Below, piece after piece: positions 19,590-31,491 of a stretch of 64,000 bases of DNA. The position numbers and the translations under genes were made by a program. The notes beneath the pieces were generated by a model, which worked only from the letters and a program-made list of their open reading frames with translations, was not told where the DNA came from and ran no database searches. Within the stretch, counting starts at the first letter, position 1, and each line of letters starts with the position of its first letter. Location of the stretch: NCBI GenBank assembly GCA_937877715.1, contig CALEHW010000046.1, positions 18,701-82,700 on the forward strand. Reading direction: 5' to 3'. Source of the stretch: an uncultured Methylophaga sp. (GTDB lineage Bacteria; Pseudomonadota; Gammaproteobacteria; GCF-002020875).

Positions 19590-20687
19590 TCAGAGAATGG
19601 CCTTGGGATATGACCCCAGAACACGGAACATGCTGGCACTTGACTCCAGTTTTTCCAGTGCATCCTTGACATGCTCATCCTCTGTATGTCCCTCAATATC
19701 GACAAAGAAGAGGTAGTCCCAGTTTCCCCGACGTGATGGACGAGACTCGATACGACTCATTGAGACCCCGTTTTTCGAAAATGGGGAGAGTAGCTCATAG
19801 AGTGCGCCCGGACGATTACTGGTAGATATCAATAGAGATGTCTTGTCGTTGCCGCTAGGGCGTGGAGACTGCTTTCCTATCACCAGAAAACGGGTGGTAT
19901 TATCCGGCTCATCCTCTATATTGTGTGCCAACACATTGAGCTTATAGATCTCTGCAGCCACCTCACCTGCTATCGCAGCAGCCCCCGTCTCTTCTGACGC
20001 AAGTCGTGCGGCCTCTGCATTGCTGGAGATCGGAATTTGTTCAACCCCAGGAAGATGAGCCTCCAGCCAGTCTCGGCATTGTGCCAGAGACTGTTGGTGC
20101 GAATAGATCCGCGCCACGCTCTCCAGACTCTCCGCCTGACTCATTAAATGGTGGTGGATTCTCAGCTCCACCTCTCCATTGATCTGCAGTGGGGAGTTGA
20201 TAAACATATCCAGGGTATGGGAAATCACCCCTTCAGTAGAGTTCTCGACCGGAACCACGCCATAGTTTGCCTCTCCCGACTCTACATCGTGAAAGACATC
20301 GGGAATGGCACCCAATGGCAGTGTGGTTACCGATCGACCAAACTGCTTCAGGGCAGCGGCCTGTGTGAATGTCCCCTCCGGCCCCAGAAAGGCGACACGC
20401 ATCGGCTTCTCCAGCGCCAGGCAGGCGGACATGATCTCACGGAAGAGACGAGCCATCTCCTCATCACCCAACGGCCCCTGGTTACGCTCCATCACCCGGG
20501 AGAGCACCTGAGCCTCACGCTCTGGGCGGTAGAAATCTACCCTCTCCTCGGTTGACTCCTCTGTAGACAACTTTACCTCCGCCACCTCCTGCGCAAGCTC
20601 TGCACGGCGACTGATCATCTGCTGGATCTGTTGGTCCAGTTGATCAATCTCCTGGCGAATCTCTGCGAGTCTCTTCTCTCCGTCCAT
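19590..20687 (-). CDS. pheA: Bifunctional chorismate mutase / prephenate dehydratase
   Basis: LAEIRQEIDQLDQQI (CM domain), VAFLGPEGTFT and VPVENSTEG (PDT domain), and a C-terminal ACT domain with ESRP. Confidence 0.95.
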   Translation of the reverse strand: MDGEKRLAEIRQEIDQLDQQIQQMISRRAELAQEVAEVKLSTEESTEERVDFYRPEREAQVLSRVMERNQGPLGDEEMARLFREIMSACLALEKPMRVAFLGPEGTFTQAAALKQFGRSVTTLPLGAIPDVFHDVESGEANYGVVPVENSTEGVISHTLDMFINSPLQINGEVELRIHHHLMSQAESLESVARIYSHQQSLAQCRDWLEAHLPGVEQIPISSNAEAARLASEETGAAAIAGEVAAEIYKLNVLAHNIEDEPDNTTRFLVIGKQSPRPSGNDKTSLLISTSNRPGALYELLSPFSKNGVSMSRIESRPSRRGNWDYLFFVDIEGHTEDEHVKDALEKLESSASMFRVLGSYPKAIL

Positions 20688-20702
20688 TGTGCCCCCAATC
20701 AG

Positions 20703-21863
20703 TTAAATAATACGAACCGACAATACCCCCTCGATGGCTCTAATCTTCTCCTCAACATCATCCATATCTCCTTCAACATCAAGTAGATTGTATGCGATTT
20801 CATCTCTCGACTTGTTCATCATATCAACAATATTGATTCCAGCATCTGCCAGCAGTGAGGTTATCTGTCCCACCATATTTGGGACATTAGAGTTTGCCAC
20901 TGCAATCCTCGCCGAACCTGCCCGTGGCATCTTCATCTCCGGGAAGTTTACCGAGTTGGTTATATTTCCATTCTCAAGGTAGTCCTTGACCTGATCTGCA
21001 ACCATAATGGCGCAGTTGTCCTCCGCCTCTGCAGTCGATGCTCCCAAATGTGGCAGACATACTACGCGAGGGTGATCCTTGTTCTCATTAGTCGGGAAAT
21101 CATTTATATACGCATAGACCTTACCGGAGTCCAGGGCCTCCAGAACAGCCGTATCATCAACAATACCGCCACGGGCAAAGTTCATGATTACGACGCCATC
21201 TTTCATAATCTTGAGGCGATCTTCGTTAATCATGTTCTTGGTTGCCTCAATGAGCGGAACATGGAAGGTGATGAAATCAGCCTCTGCCAGAAGCTCATCA
21301 ACGCTGTGTGCACGAACCGCCTCGGCGGAGAGATTCCACGCGCTCTGAATTGTTACTGACGGGTCATAACCGATAACCTTCATTCCCAACGAGATCGCTG
21401 CGTTGGCAATCTGCACCCCAATAGCACCGAGACCAATTACTCCGAGAGTACGTCCAGGCAGCTCGAAACCGACATATTTTTTCTTGCCAGCCTCAACATC
21501 CTTGGCAATGGAGGAGTCATCCCCTTCCAGGTTACGCGCATAGTTCCAGGCCTGGGCGATATTACGACTCGCCATCAACATACTGGAGATCACCAACTCC
21601 TTGACTGCATTGGCATTTGCACCAGGGGCATTGAATACTGGAATTCCATGCTCAGTCATCTTCTCGACCGGAATATTATTTACCCCGGCACCGGCACGGC
21701 CTACCGCCTTCAGGGTCTCAGGGATCTCCATATCGTGCATCTTGTAGGAGCGCAGCAGGATCGCATCCGGATGCTGGATCTCGGAGGCAACCTCATAGTT
21801 GTCACGTGGCAGACGGTCCAGTCCAGCCACAGATATATTGTTCAGTGTAAGAATTTTATTCAT
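20703..21863 (-). CDS. serA: D-3-phosphoglycerate dehydrogenase (2-hydroxyacid dehydrogenase with a C-terminal ACT domain)
   Basis: NAD-binding GVIGLGAIG, catalytic FARGGIVD...HLGAST, an ACT-like C-terminus, and serC next door. Confidence 0.85.
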   Translation of the reverse strand: MNKILTLNNISVAGLDRLPRDNYEVASEIQHPDAILLRSYKMHDMEIPETLKAVGRAGAGVNNIPVEKMTEHGIPVFNAPGANANAVKELVISSMLMASRNIAQAWNYARNLEGDDSSIAKDVEAGKKKYVGFELPGRTLGVIGLGAIGVQIANAAISLGMKVIGYDPSVTIQSAWNLSAEAVRAHSVDELLAEADFITFHVPLIEATKNMINEDRLKIMKDGVVIMNFARGGIVDDTAVLEALDSGKVYAYINDFPTNENKDHPRVVCLPHLGASTAEAEDNCAIMVADQVKDYLENGNITNSVNFPEMKMPRAGSARIAVANSNVPNMVGQITSLLADAGINIVDMMNKSRDEIAYNLLDVEGDMDDVEEKIRAIEGVLSVRII

Positions 21864-21866
21864 TGT

Positions 21867-22949
21867 CTATCCCTGCTCTTTCTCGAACTCTTTCATATAT
21901 TCAACCAGTGCATCCACACCTGCCTCTGGCATTGCATTATAGATACTGGCACGCATGCCACCAACAGAACGGTGTCCCTTTAATGTCACCAGGCCGCGCT
22001 CCGCAGCCCCTGTCAAGAAGGTGCCATCCAGCTCTGAATCAGCTAACGTAAACGGAACATTCATCCATGAACGACCATTTTTCTCAACCGGATTACCATA
22101 AAAATCGGAACCATCAATCGTCGCGTAGAGTTTGCCAGCCTTGCGCTCGTTAATCTCACCAATTGCGGTCAACCCACCCTGCTCCTTGATCCACTCAAAT
22201 ACCAGACCAGCCATATACCAGCTGTAGGTTGGCGGGGTGTTATACATGGAGCCCGCCTTTACGTGGGTCGCATAATCAAACATCGCTGGGGTGCCACCCA
22301 GGGTCTCTCCAACCAGATCATCACGCACAATGACAATAGTCAGCCCTGCAGGACCGATATTTTTCTGTGCGCCAGCATAGATAACCCCATACTTTGATAC
22401 ATCCATAGGACGAGAGAGGATGGTGGATGACATATCTGCAACCAGAGGCACATCACCAGTCTCGGGAACATAGTCAAATTCAACACCACCAATGGTCTCA
22501 TTAGGAGTGTAGTGGACATAGGCTGCATCTGCATTCAGATTTAGTGATTCCGCTGCTGGAACTGCAGTGAACCCCCCTTCTAATGTATCAGCAGCCAGAT
22601 TCACACTACAGTAGCGGCCAGCCTCAGCAACAGCCTTCTTTGACCACATTCCGGTATTAAGATAGTCAGCACTCTCCCGTCCACGCAACAGATTCAGTGG
22701 AACCATTGCAAACTGGCTGGATGCCCCACCCTGCAGGAACAGCACCTTGTAGTTTTCGGGGATTGCCATAATCTCACGCAGGTTAGCCTCTGCCCTCTCC
22801 GCAATTGACATGTAATCCTTGCCACGATGGCTCATCTCCATCACTGACATACCAGACTCACCCCACTCCAGCATCTCCTGCTGGGCGCGCTCAATAACTG
22901 CGGTCGGCAGCATTGCCGGGCCTGCACTAAAATTGTAGCTTCTTGCCAT
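21867..22949 (-). CDS. serC: Phosphoserine aminotransferase
   Basis: YNFSAGPAMLP N-terminus, GAQKNIGPAGLT PLP-lysine region, 360 aa. Confidence 0.95.
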   Translation of the reverse strand: MARSYNFSAGPAMLPTAVIERAQQEMLEWGESGMSVMEMSHRGKDYMSIAERAEANLREIMAIPENYKVLFLQGGASSQFAMVPLNLLRGRESADYLNTGMWSKKAVAEAGRYCSVNLAADTLEGGFTAVPAAESLNLNADAAYVHYTPNETIGGVEFDYVPETGDVPLVADMSSTILSRPMDVSKYGVIYAGAQKNIGPAGLTIVIVRDDLVGETLGGTPAMFDYATHVKAGSMYNTPPTYSWYMAGLVFEWIKEQGGLTAIGEINERKAGKLYATIDGSDFYGNPVEKNGRSWMNVPFTLADSELDGTFLTGAAERGLVTLKGHRSVGGMRASIYNAMPEAGVDALVEYMKEFEKEQG

Positions 22950-23003
22950 TATCTATCTTCCTTGCCTATATTATCAATTGTGACCACCCATGGTGGCCGG
23001 TTA

Positions 23004-25568
23004 CTAATCTTCACTACTCTCTTCGGTCTCTTCGCTCTCGTCGGATTCACTCTCCTCAACACGCTCAATTCCAACCAACCTCTCATCCTCTCCCAGACGA
23101 ATAAGGGTTACACCCTGAGTATTGCGCGCCAAAACGGAGACCTCGGATACACGGGTACGAACCAGTACCCCAGCACTGGAGATCATCATGATCTCCTCTT
23201 CCTTATCAACCTGAACCGCGCCCACAACAGTACCGTTTCTTGCGGATGTCTGAATGGAGATTACACCCTTGGTACCACGCCCCTTGCATGGATACTCCTC
23301 CATGGAGGTGCGCTTGCCAAACCCGTGCTCGGTGGCAGTCAGAACATAGCTCTTCTGCGGGACCAGCAGGGAGATGATGCGCTCACCAGCGTCAAGCCGC
23401 ATCCCTTTGACCCCACGAGCTGTCCGTCCCATAGCCCGTACAGTTGATTCCGGGAAACGAACTGCCTTGCCGCCACTGGCAAAGAGCATGATGTCACTAT
23501 TTCCGTCAGTCAGTTCCACCCCAACCAGCTCGTCATCGTCCCGCAGCTCAACTGCAATAATGCCTGCGGTTCTGGGACGAGAGAATGCGGTCAGCGGGGT
23601 CTTTTTCACAATACCGCTTGTAGCTGCCATGAAGATGAACTGATCCTCACTATATTCACGTACTGGCAGGAATGCGGTAATACGCTCCCCCTCCTCCAGC
23701 GGCAGGAGGTTGTTAATCGGTTTTCCACGAGCTGTACGTCCAGCCTGCGGCAACTGATATACCTTGAGCCAGTAGAGTCGTCCTCTGGTCGAGAAGCAGA
23801 GGATGGTGTCATGGGTATTGGCAACAATCAGCTTGTCGACAAAATCCTCGTCCTTGATTGTTGCTGCCGTCTTGCCACGGCCACCTCGGCGCTGCGCTCG
23901 ATAATCCGCAACCGGCTGCGCCTTTACATAACCGCCATGAGAGAGGGTGACAACCACATCCTCCTCGCTGATCAGATCCTCCAATGAGAGGTCCACCTGA
24001 GTCTGTACAATCTCGGTCTTGCGCTCATCACCATACTTATCGCGCATTTCCACCAGCTCTTCACGGATCACCTCCATCAGACGACCTGGATTACGCAGAA
24101 TATGGAGTAGCTCTGCAATTTTCTCCAGCAGTTCACGGTACTCATCAAGAATCTTCTCTTTCTCCAGCCCGGTGAGACGGTGCAGCTTGAGATCAAGAAT
24201 TGCCTGAACCTGTACCGGGGAGATGTGATAGAGATCATCAATCAACCCGTATCCAGCGGCGAGATCCTCGGGACGGGTGTCTGCCGCATCCCCACGATCG
24301 AGCATCTCCACCACAATCCCCGGTGGCCATCCCTGGACCGCCAGCCTCTCTCTCGCCTCGGCAGGGGTCGCAGAAGATTTAATCAATGCAATGATTGGGT
24401 CAATATTTGTAAGTGCAATTGCCAGCCCCTCCAGCACATGGGCTCGCTCACGCGCCTTGCGTAGCTCAAAGATGGTACGGCGGGTCACCACCTCACGACG
24501 GTGACGAATAAATACCTCAAGCGCCTGTTTTAGATTGATCAGGCGGGGCTGGCCATCGACCAGTGCCACCATATTTATGCCGAATACATTCTGCATGGCA
24601 GTCTGTTTGAAGAGGTTATTGCGCACCACATCCGCCACCTCACCACGCTTCAGCTCAATCACCATGCGCATACCGTCCTTGTCAGACTCATCACGCAGGG
24701 CGGAAATTCCTGTCAGCTTCTTCTCGCGCACCAGCTCACCAATACGCTCCAGCAGCCGTGCCTTGTTTACCTGATAGGGGAGTTCATCAACCACCAGGGT
24801 CTGTTTCTTCCCCTCCTCACCCTCTACGTGGGTACGGGCCCGCAGATAGATGCGGCCACGTCCCGTCTTGTAGGCCTCATGAATCCCCTTAACCCCGTTG
24901 ATGATGGCGGCAGTAGGGAAATCAGGTCCCGGAACATACTCCATCAGCCCTGCAATATCCAGCTCTGGATCATCCACCAAGGCGATGGTTGCATTGACCA
25001 CCTCCGTCAGATTGTGGGGTGGAATCTTGGTTGCCATCCCCACTGCAATCCCCTCAGAACCGTTGATCAGCAGATTTGGCAGGCGGGTCGGGAGTATGGA
25101 GGGCTCATGCTCGCTCTCATCATAGTTGGGAGTGAAGTCCACCGTCTCCTTGTCCAGATCTGCCAGCAGATCATGGGCGATTTTGGACATGCGAATCTCG
25201 GTATAACGCATTGCAGCGGCCGAATCACCATCCACTGAACCGAAGTTACCCTGACCATCGACCAGCATGTAACGCAAGGAGAATGGCTGGGCCATACGTA
25301 CAATGGTGTCGTAGACCGCACTGTCCCCATGAGGATGGTATTTACCAATGACATCACCGACGATACGGGCCGACTTTTTGTAGGATTTGTTCCAGTCATT
25401 GCCCAACTCATGCATTGCGTAGAGAACGCGACGATGGACTGGTTTGAGGCCATCTCTGGCATCTGGAAGCGCACGTCCGACAATCACGCTCATAGCGTAG
25501 TCGAGGTACGACTGCCGCATCTCCTCCTCGATATTTACCGGGAGAACTTCCTTTGCAAATTCAGTCAT
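23004..25568 (-). CDS. gyrA: DNA gyrase subunit A
   Basis: [37 protein letters not shown] and AAMRYTE (active-site Tyr). Acidic C-terminal tail. Confidence 0.98.
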   Translation of the reverse strand: MTEFAKEVLPVNIEEEMRQSYLDYAMSVIVGRALPDARDGLKPVHRRVLYAMHELGNDWNKSYKKSARIVGDVIGKYHPHGDSAVYDTIVRMAQPFSLRYMLVDGQGNFGSVDGDSAAAMRYTEIRMSKIAHDLLADLDKETVDFTPNYDESEHEPSILPTRLPNLLINGSEGIAVGMATKIPPHNLTEVVNATIALVDDPELDIAGLMEYVPGPDFPTAAIINGVKGIHEAYKTGRGRIYLRARTHVEGEEGKKQTLVVDELPYQVNKARLLERIGELVREKKLTGISALRDESDKDGMRMVIELKRGEVADVVRNNLFKQTAMQNVFGINMVALVDGQPRLINLKQALEVFIRHRREVVTRRTIFELRKARERAHVLEGLAIALTNIDPIIALIKSSATPAEARERLAVQGWPPGIVVEMLDRGDAADTRPEDLAAGYGLIDDLYHISPVQVQAILDLKLHRLTGLEKEKILDEYRELLEKIAELLHILRNPGRLMEVIREELVEMRDKYGDERKTEIVQTQVDLSLEDLISEEDVVVTLSHGGYVKAQPVADYRAQRRGGRGKTAATIKDEDFVDKLIVANTHDTILCFSTRGRLYWLKVYQLPQAGRTARGKPINNLLPLEEGERITAFLPVREYSEDQFIFMAATSGIVKKTPLTAFSRPRTAGIIAVELRDDDELVGVELTDGNSDIMLFASGGKAVRFPESTVRAMGRTARGVKGMRLDAGERIISLLVPQKSYVLTATEHGFGKRTSMEEYPCKGRGTKGVISIQTSARNGTVVGAVQVDKEEEIMMISSAGVLVRTRVSEVSVLARNTQGVTLIRLGEDERLVGIERVEESESDESEETEESSED

Positions 25569-25650
25569 TTAATGTCAAGCTTTGTGAGTTGTAAATGGTT
25601 GTGAACGGGCAAGAAATCCCGTCTTTTTCAAACCACCAATTGTAACAGAA

Positions 25651-26694
25651 TCAGACGGAAAAGAGTGCCTCAATTTTCTCTCTTGTGGGATTCTCCACCA
25701 CCCCCCTTTCAGTCACAATCACATCCACCAACTCGGCCGGAGTTATATCAAACACAGGGTTCCACCCTGCCGCTTTTTCGGCTGCCATCCGCCCCCCACT
25801 GCAGGAGAAGAGCTCCTCTGCCTCACGTACCTCAATCGGAATATCATCTCCGGAGGCGACCTCCTGATCTATCGTTGAGGTGGGGGCAACCACCATAAAT
25901 TTAATTCCGTGGTAGCGAGCTGCAATAGCAACTGCATAGGTACCAATCTTGTTGGCCACATCCCCATTAGCCGCAATCCGGTCAGAGCCAACCACAACCC
26001 AATCCACTTGGCCCTGCTTCATCAACCAGGAGGAGGCGCCATCTGCCAACAGAGAGACTGGAATGTTATCCTGCAGCAGCTCCCAGGCAGTAAGCCGTGC
26101 CCCCTGCAGCCAGGGGCGAGTCTCATCAGCGAAAACAGCCTGCAGACGATTCTCACGCCAGGCTGAACGGATAACTCCCAGCGCAGTCCCGTAACCTCCA
26201 GTCGCCAGAGCACCTGCGTTACAGTGGGTCAACACTCCACTTCCGGGATTGATATAGGCAGCCCCCAAATCACCCATTTTCTTGCAGGCAGCAATGTCTT
26301 CTTGGTGAATTGCCTCAGCCTCTGCTGCTAATGACTTAACCAGGCTCTCCCTGTCACCATCGAGCAGAGGGCGCATACGCTCTATCGCCCAGTGCAGGTT
26401 GATTGCCGTCGGTCGTGCCTGCGCCAGCCGCTCCAGATCACCATCAAGATCTTCCTGCCAGTGGTCAGAAGAAGCCGCGAGACGATTTTTTGTGGCCAGC
26501 ACCACGCCGTAGGCAGCTGTCACCCCGATCGCAGGGGCCCCACGTACCACCATATCGGTGATTGCAGCTGCAACCGAATCTACATCACGGTAGCTGATGT
26601 ACTCCTCCTGCAACGGCAGAATTCTCTGGTCCAGCAGAATCAACTCCTCACCATCCCACTGAATGGCTGGAGACTCCCTTCGATCCATCATCAT
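25651..26694 (-). CDS. mtnA: S-methyl-5-thioribose-1-phosphate isomerase
   Basis: [26 protein letters not shown] and [11 protein letters not shown] motifs of the eIF-2B/MtnA family. Confidence 0.9.
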   Translation of the reverse strand: MMMDRRESPAIQWDGEELILLDQRILPLQEEYISYRDVDSVAAAITDMVVRGAPAIGVTAAYGVVLATKNRLAASSDHWQEDLDGDLERLAQARPTAINLHWAIERMRPLLDGDRESLVKSLAAEAEAIHQEDIAACKKMGDLGAAYINPGSGVLTHCNAGALATGGYGTALGVIRSAWRENRLQAVFADETRPWLQGARLTAWELLQDNIPVSLLADGASSWLMKQGQVDWVVVGSDRIAANGDVANKIGTYAVAIAARYHGIKFMVVAPTSTIDQEVASGDDIPIEVREAEELFSCSGGRMAAEKAAGWNPVFDITPAELVDVIVTERGVVENPTREKIEALFSV

Positions 26695-26753
26695 CTCTAT
26701 ATTTTCCTTGTGCTGAACTTGTGTTTTGAGACAGAGTCCGTAATCTTACCCGG

Positions 26754-28067
26754 ATGCAAGCCATTGATACACTGATTCATGCCGAGTGGGTTCTCCCAGT
26801 AGAGCCTGCCGAGACCGTTCTGGAAAACCATGCGGTTGCCATCCATGACGGGCTGATTGTCGAGCTGCTGCCAAGCAGCCAGGCCAAAGGGAGATACCAG
26901 GCAACACACACATTCAATCTTTCTCACCACGCCATCACCCCGGGATTGATCAACGCACACACTCACACCGCAATGTCACTGCTGAGAGGAGTTGCTGATG
27001 ATCTTCCCCTGATGACCTGGCTCCAGGAACATATCTGGCCCGCCGAACAGAAGTGGGTGAGTGAACATTTTGTCCGTGACGGCAGTGAGCTGGCAATAGC
27101 GGAGATGTTGCGTAGTGGAACAACCTGCTTCAATGACATGTACTTCTTCCCGGAGGTAACCGCACACGCCGCTGCCCAGTGCGGAATCCGGGCAGTCATC
27201 GGGCTGATAATAATAGATTTCCCTACTGCCTGGGGCACAGGTCCAGATGAGTATCTGGAAAAGGGAATTACTCTTCATGATCAGTATCGCAACTCCCCAC
27301 ATATCCATACAGCATTTGCACCACACGCCCCATATACTGTTTCAGACCAGCCGCTGAAGAGAATTCAGGTTCTGGCAGAAGAGCTGGGCCTCCCAATCCA
27401 CATGCATATCCACGAGAGTCTCCATGAGATTGAGGAGGCGGTTGCACAGTCTGGCATGCGGCCACTGCAGCGACTTGATGAACTTGGACTACTGGGGCCA
27501 CAACTGGCTGCAGCTCACATGACACAACTCACGGACAGGGAGATTGAACTGCTTGCAGAACGCAGTGTCAGTGTAGTTCACTGCCCGGAATCCAATCTAA
27601 AGCTGGCCAGTGGTTTCTGCCCGGTTGATAAATTGATCAAGGCTGGAGTCAATGTTGCACTGGGAACCGACAGTGCCGCCAGCAATAATGATCTTGATAT
27701 GCTTGGAGAGATGCGGACTGCGGCCCTGCTCTCCAAGGGGGTCTCCATGGATCCCACATCCCTCTCTGCCCACCAGGTATTGAAGATGGCAACCCTGAGT
27801 GGTGCAGAGGCACTGGGGCTGGACAAAATCACCGGATCCCTGCTCCCTGGAAAAGCAGCTGATCTTATTGCCATTGATCTCAGCGCACTGGAGACCCATC
27901 CTGTATACAATGTGGCCTCCCAGATAATATACGCTGCCAACAGAAATCAGGTGCGTGAGGTCTGGGTTAACGGAGAACACCTGCTCAGGGGTGGGGAGCT
28001 AGTCACCCTGGACCAGGAAAAACTGAAACAGCAAGCCACCGAGTGGCAGGGTAAAATAGACGCATGA
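26754..28067 (+). CDS. mtaD: TRZ/ATZ-family amidohydrolase, probable 5-methylthioadenosine/S-adenosylhomocysteine deaminase
   Basis: Metal motifs [19 protein letters not shown] and [14 protein letters not shown]. It lies upstream of ubiG, as in pseudomonads. Confidence 0.8.
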   Translation: MQAIDTLIHAEWVLPVEPAETVLENHAVAIHDGLIVELLPSSQAKGRYQATHTFNLSHHAITPGLINAHTHTAMSLLRGVADDLPLMTWLQEHIWPAEQKWVSEHFVRDGSELAIAEMLRSGTTCFNDMYFFPEVTAHAAAQCGIRAVIGLIIIDFPTAWGTGPDEYLEKGITLHDQYRNSPHIHTAFAPHAPYTVSDQPLKRIQVLAEELGLPIHMHIHESLHEIEEAVAQSGMRPLQRLDELGLLGPQLAAAHMTQLTDREIELLAERSVSVVHCPESNLKLASGFCPVDKLIKAGVNVALGTDSAASNNDLDMLGEMRTAALLSKGVSMDPTSLSAHQVLKMATLSGAEALGLDKITGSLLPGKAADLIAIDLSALETHPVYNVASQIIYAANRNQVREVWVNGEHLLRGGELVTLDQEKLKQQATEWQGKIDA

Positions 28068-28780
28068 CTACCGTTACGAATAATGTTGATGACGAAGAGA
28101 TTGCCAAATTCGAGGCACTTGCACACCGCTGGTGGGATCGTGACAGTGAGTTCAAACCACTGCATGAGATGAATCCGTTACGCCTCGACTACATTGAACG
28201 CTACACCCCGCTGCAAGGGATGCGTATTGTGGATGTGGGCTGTGGTGGCGGCATCCTCTCCGAGGGTATGGCACGTGCGGGAGCTGTGGTGACCGGAATC
28301 GACATGGGGGAGACTCCGCTCTCTGTGGCACGACTCCATCTACTGGAGTCCGGACTGGATGTCGACTACCAGCAAATTACAGTGGAAGAGTTAGCGGAAA
28401 AAGAGCCGGATAGTTACGACATCGTCACCTGCATGGAGATGCTGGAACATGTTCCTGATCCCGCATCGGTAGTAACCGCCTGCAGCAAGCTGGTAAAAGA
28501 TGGCGGCCACCTCTTCTTCTCCACCATCAACCGCAACCTCAAATCCTACATGATGGCAATCATAGGGGCAGAATATGTTCTTAACCTGCTCCCCAAGGGG
28601 ACTCATGATCATGACAAATTCATCAAGCCGGCAGAGCTGGAGCAGTGGGCACGCAGCGCCAACCTGACGACTGATGATCTGACCGGGATGCACTACAACC
28701 CGTTGACCACGGTCTACTCGCTGGGCTCCAACGTGGACGTCAACTACTTTACCCACGCCCGTCCACTCGGGGACCCATGA
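28064..28780 (+). CDS. ubiG: Bifunctional 3-demethylubiquinone / 2-polyprenyl-6-hydroxyphenol O-methyltransferase
   Basis: [26 protein letters not shown] and [15 protein letters not shown] overlap with mtaD. Confidence 0.92.
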   Translation: MTTVTNNVDDEEIAKFEALAHRWWDRDSEFKPLHEMNPLRLDYIERYTPLQGMRIVDVGCGGGILSEGMARAGAVVTGIDMGETPLSVARLHLLESGLDVDYQQITVEELAEKEPDSYDIVTCMEMLEHVPDPASVVTACSKLVKDGGHLFFSTINRNLKSYMMAIIGAEYVLNLLPKGTHDHDKFIKPAELEQWARSANLTTDDLTGMHYNPLTTVYSLGSNVDVNYFTHARPLGDP

Positions 28781-29424
28781 TCAAGGCAGTTTTTCTAGAC
28801 CTGGATGGCACCCTGGCGGACACGGCACCAGACCTCGCCTACGCCCTCAACTCAGTACTAACCAGCAGTGGCAACCCCCCTCTTCCACTTGAGAGAGTAC
28901 GGGAGGTTGCATCCAATGGTAGCGCACCCCTGATCCAGCTCGGCTTCGGGGATCAGCTCGAGGAGTCACTGTTCGAGAGCTATCGACAACAGCTGTTGAC
29001 CATCTATAGCGAGAATATCGCCCGGGAGACCACGCTGATGGGCGGAATGGATGAGCTGCTGTCACAGCTGGAGCAGCGAGATATCGCCTGGGGCGTTGTC
29101 ACCAACAAACCAGCCCGCTTCACCGACCCACTGATGGAGCAGCTGGGACTCTCGCAGCGTGCCGCCTGCATAGTCAGTGGCGACACCACGGAGCACTCCA
29201 AACCACACCCCAAACCACTGCTCCACGCCTGTGAACTGTTGCAGCTACAGCCCCACCACTGCATCTATGTGGGTGATGCCAGTCGTGATATTGAGGCTGG
29301 CAACCGCGCAGAGATGACCACCATCGCAGCCAGTTTCGGCTACCTCAACAGCCATGACACCATATCCGAGTGGTGCGCAGATGGTATTATCGACCACCCT
29401 TCCGAACTTCTTGAGTGGATATAG
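28777..29424 (+). CDS. HAD-superfamily phosphatase (phosphoglycolate phosphatase / MupP-like)
   Basis: [11 protein letters not shown] (DxDGT nucleophile motif), VVTNK and [12 protein letters not shown]. Conserved position after ubiG. Confidence 0.8.
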   Translation: MIKAVFLDLDGTLADTAPDLAYALNSVLTSSGNPPLPLERVREVASNGSAPLIQLGFGDQLEESLFESYRQQLLTIYSENIARETTLMGGMDELLSQLEQRDIAWGVVTNKPARFTDPLMEQLGLSQRAACIVSGDTTEHSKPHPKPLLHACELLQLQPHHCIYVGDASRDIEAGNRAEMTTIAASFGYLNSHDTISEWCADGIIDHPSELLEWI

Positions 29425-29427
29425 CGC

Positions 29428-30732
29428 ATGCCTGAACTTCTGCCACTGCTTCTGCTGGTTGTCACTATCGCTGGCGCCTTCATGTTCTGGCGCAGAGCAG
29501 AGCGTGGTGCTGCGGAAAACAGTCAACTCCGTGCAGAGAATGTCCGACTGGAGGCGACCCTGGAGAGTGAACGCAGCCATCTGGAGGAAAGAATTGCACA
29601 CGCACGCGGCGAGAATCGGGAGCAGCTGAACCAGCTGGTAAATGAACTCTCCAGCAAGGCACTGAAGCACAATAGTGAATCTTTCCTGAAACTGGCCACA
29701 GAGTCTCTAGCCAAACACCACACCCAATCAGAAGGGGATCTAAAACAGCGGCAACAGGCTATTGATGAGCTGCTCAAGCCGATTCGCTCAACCCTGGAGA
29801 AGAGTGATAAACAGCTGCGGGAGATCGAAAAAGAGCGAAAGGAGCAGTATGGTGCCCTCACCCACCACCTTGAGAGTATCACCCTTACTCAACAACAGCT
29901 GCAGCAGGAGACCCGCAATCTGGTCCAGGCACTGCGCCGTCCCGAGGTTCGCGGACAGTGGGGAGAGCTCACCCTGAAACGTCTGGCAGAGCTCTCGGGA
30001 ATGGTGGAACATGCCGACTTTATCGAACAGGAGCAGGTGGATGGAGATGAGGATGGAAAATCTACACTACGCCCAGACATGGTTATCCATCTGCCCGATC
30101 AGCGTGCCATCATTGTTGATGCCAAAACCCCGTTGGACGCCTACATAAATGCAACCGAAGCCTCTACAGATGATGAGCGCAACCATGAACTGGAGCGCCA
30201 TGCACGCAATGTGAGAAAACGGGTCAAGGAGCTGGCGGCAAAGAGTTACTGGTCCCAGTTTGATGAGAGCCCTGACTTTGTGGTGCTCTTCATCCCTGGT
30301 GATCAGTTCCTTAGCAGCGCCCTGGAGAGAGATCACACACTGCTAGAGGATGCCCTTAAGGAGAAGGTAATTCTCGCCACCCCTACCAGCCTGGTCGCCC
30401 TGCTCCGTGCAGTCGCCTTTGGCTGGAAACAGCAGGAGGTTGCAAAAAATGCCGAGACCATTCGAGAGGTTGGGGTACAGCTCTACGACCGTCTGGCCAC
30501 CTTCAGCAACCACCTTGGGCGAGTGGGAAAAAGTCTCGACAGCAGTATCGATGCATTCAACAAGGCAGTCGGCTCACTGGACCGAAATGTATTCTCCAGC
30601 GCACGTCGCTTTATAGAGATGGGGATCCACCCCAAAAAGGAGATCACTGAGCCTGCCCCTGTCGAAAAACTGGCAAGAGAACCGAAAGTTCTGGAAGATG
30701 AGAAAAGCACCCCGGAAGATCAGGTAGAATAG
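29428..30732 (+). CDS. rmuC: DNA recombination protein RmuC
   Basis: N-terminal TM, long coiled coil, and the nuclease-like core RPDMVIHLPDQRAIIVDAKTPL...FVVLFIPGDQF. Confidence 0.9.
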   Translation: MPELLPLLLLVVTIAGAFMFWRRAERGAAENSQLRAENVRLEATLESERSHLEERIAHARGENREQLNQLVNELSSKALKHNSESFLKLATESLAKHHTQSEGDLKQRQQAIDELLKPIRSTLEKSDKQLREIEKERKEQYGALTHHLESITLTQQQLQQETRNLVQALRRPEVRGQWGELTLKRLAELSGMVEHADFIEQEQVDGDEDGKSTLRPDMVIHLPDQRAIIVDAKTPLDAYINATEASTDDERNHELERHARNVRKRVKELAAKSYWSQFDESPDFVVLFIPGDQFLSSALERDHTLLEDALKEKVILATPTSLVALLRAVAFGWKQQEVAKNAETIREVGVQLYDRLATFSNHLGRVGKSLDSSIDAFNKAVGSLDRNVFSSARRFIEMGIHPKKEITEPAPVEKLAREPKVLEDEKSTPEDQVE

Positions 30733-30741
30733 CGCGCCATA

Positions 30742-31491
30742 ATGGATCAGCACTACAGCCCAAGACCAGACCTTCTCGATGGTCGCACTATCCTTGTCAC
30801 CGGCGCCGGAGATGGCCTTGGCCGCGCCGCTGCAGAATCCTTTGCTGCCCATGGGGCAACCACCCTCCTGGTTGGGCGTACCCTGTTCCGGCTGGAGGAT
30901 ACCTATGATGCCATCGTCTCTGCCGGGCACCCGCAACCATATATTTTTCAACTCGATTTTGCCAAGGCTACGGAAGATGATTTCAAGGGACTAACCGGCG
31001 GCATAGCCCAGGAGGTTGGCCACCTGGATGGGTTGCTACACAATGCTGCCCACCTTGGCGATCTCAGCCCAATGGAACACTTCTCGCTCAAGCAGTGGGA
31101 GACCACACTGCAGGTAAATGTAACAGCCCAGTTCCTGTTGACCAAATACTCGATTCCACTACTCAAACAGTCCGATGATGCATCCATGATCTTTACCAGT
31201 TCAGGGGTTGGGAAAACCGGGTGCGCCTACTGGGGGGCATACGCAACCTCAAAGTTTGCCAACGAGGGGATGGCTCAGATTCTTGCCGATGAACTGGAAC
31301 AGGACAGGATCAGGGTGAACACCATTGATCCGGGGGTTGCCCGCACCGTGATGCGTGCCAAAGCATTCCCTGGAGAGAACCCAAACAGTAACCCAAAACC
31401 TGAAAATCTGATGGGTGTCTATCTATATCTTATGGGTCCAGACAGTAGTGGGGTCAGCGGTCAACGACTGGATGCCTGGGTGGACGGATAG
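30742..31491 (+). CDS. yciK: YciK-family short-chain dehydrogenase/reductase
   Basis: ILVTGAGDGLGRA, NAA, and YxxxK (YATSKFANEG). Confidence 0.85.
   Translation: MDQHYSPRPDLLDGRTILVTGAGDGLGRAAAESFAAHGATTLLVGRTLFRLEDTYDAIVSAGHPQPYIFQLDFAKATEDDFKGLTGGIAQEVGHLDGLLHNAAHLGDLSPMEHFSLKQWETTLQVNVTAQFLLTKYSIPLLKQSDDASMIFTSSGVGKTGCAYWGAYATSKFANEGMAQILADELEQDRIRVNTIDPGVARTVMRAKAFPGENPNSNPKPENLMGVYLYLMGPDSSGVSGQRLDAWVDG

Noticed and set aside
25569-25650. The hairpin acggg-caagaaat-cccgt followed by CTTTTT, between mtnA and gyrA.
   Set aside because: The stem is only 5 bp and it faces the plus strand, where no upstream gene exists. It is probably fortuitous.
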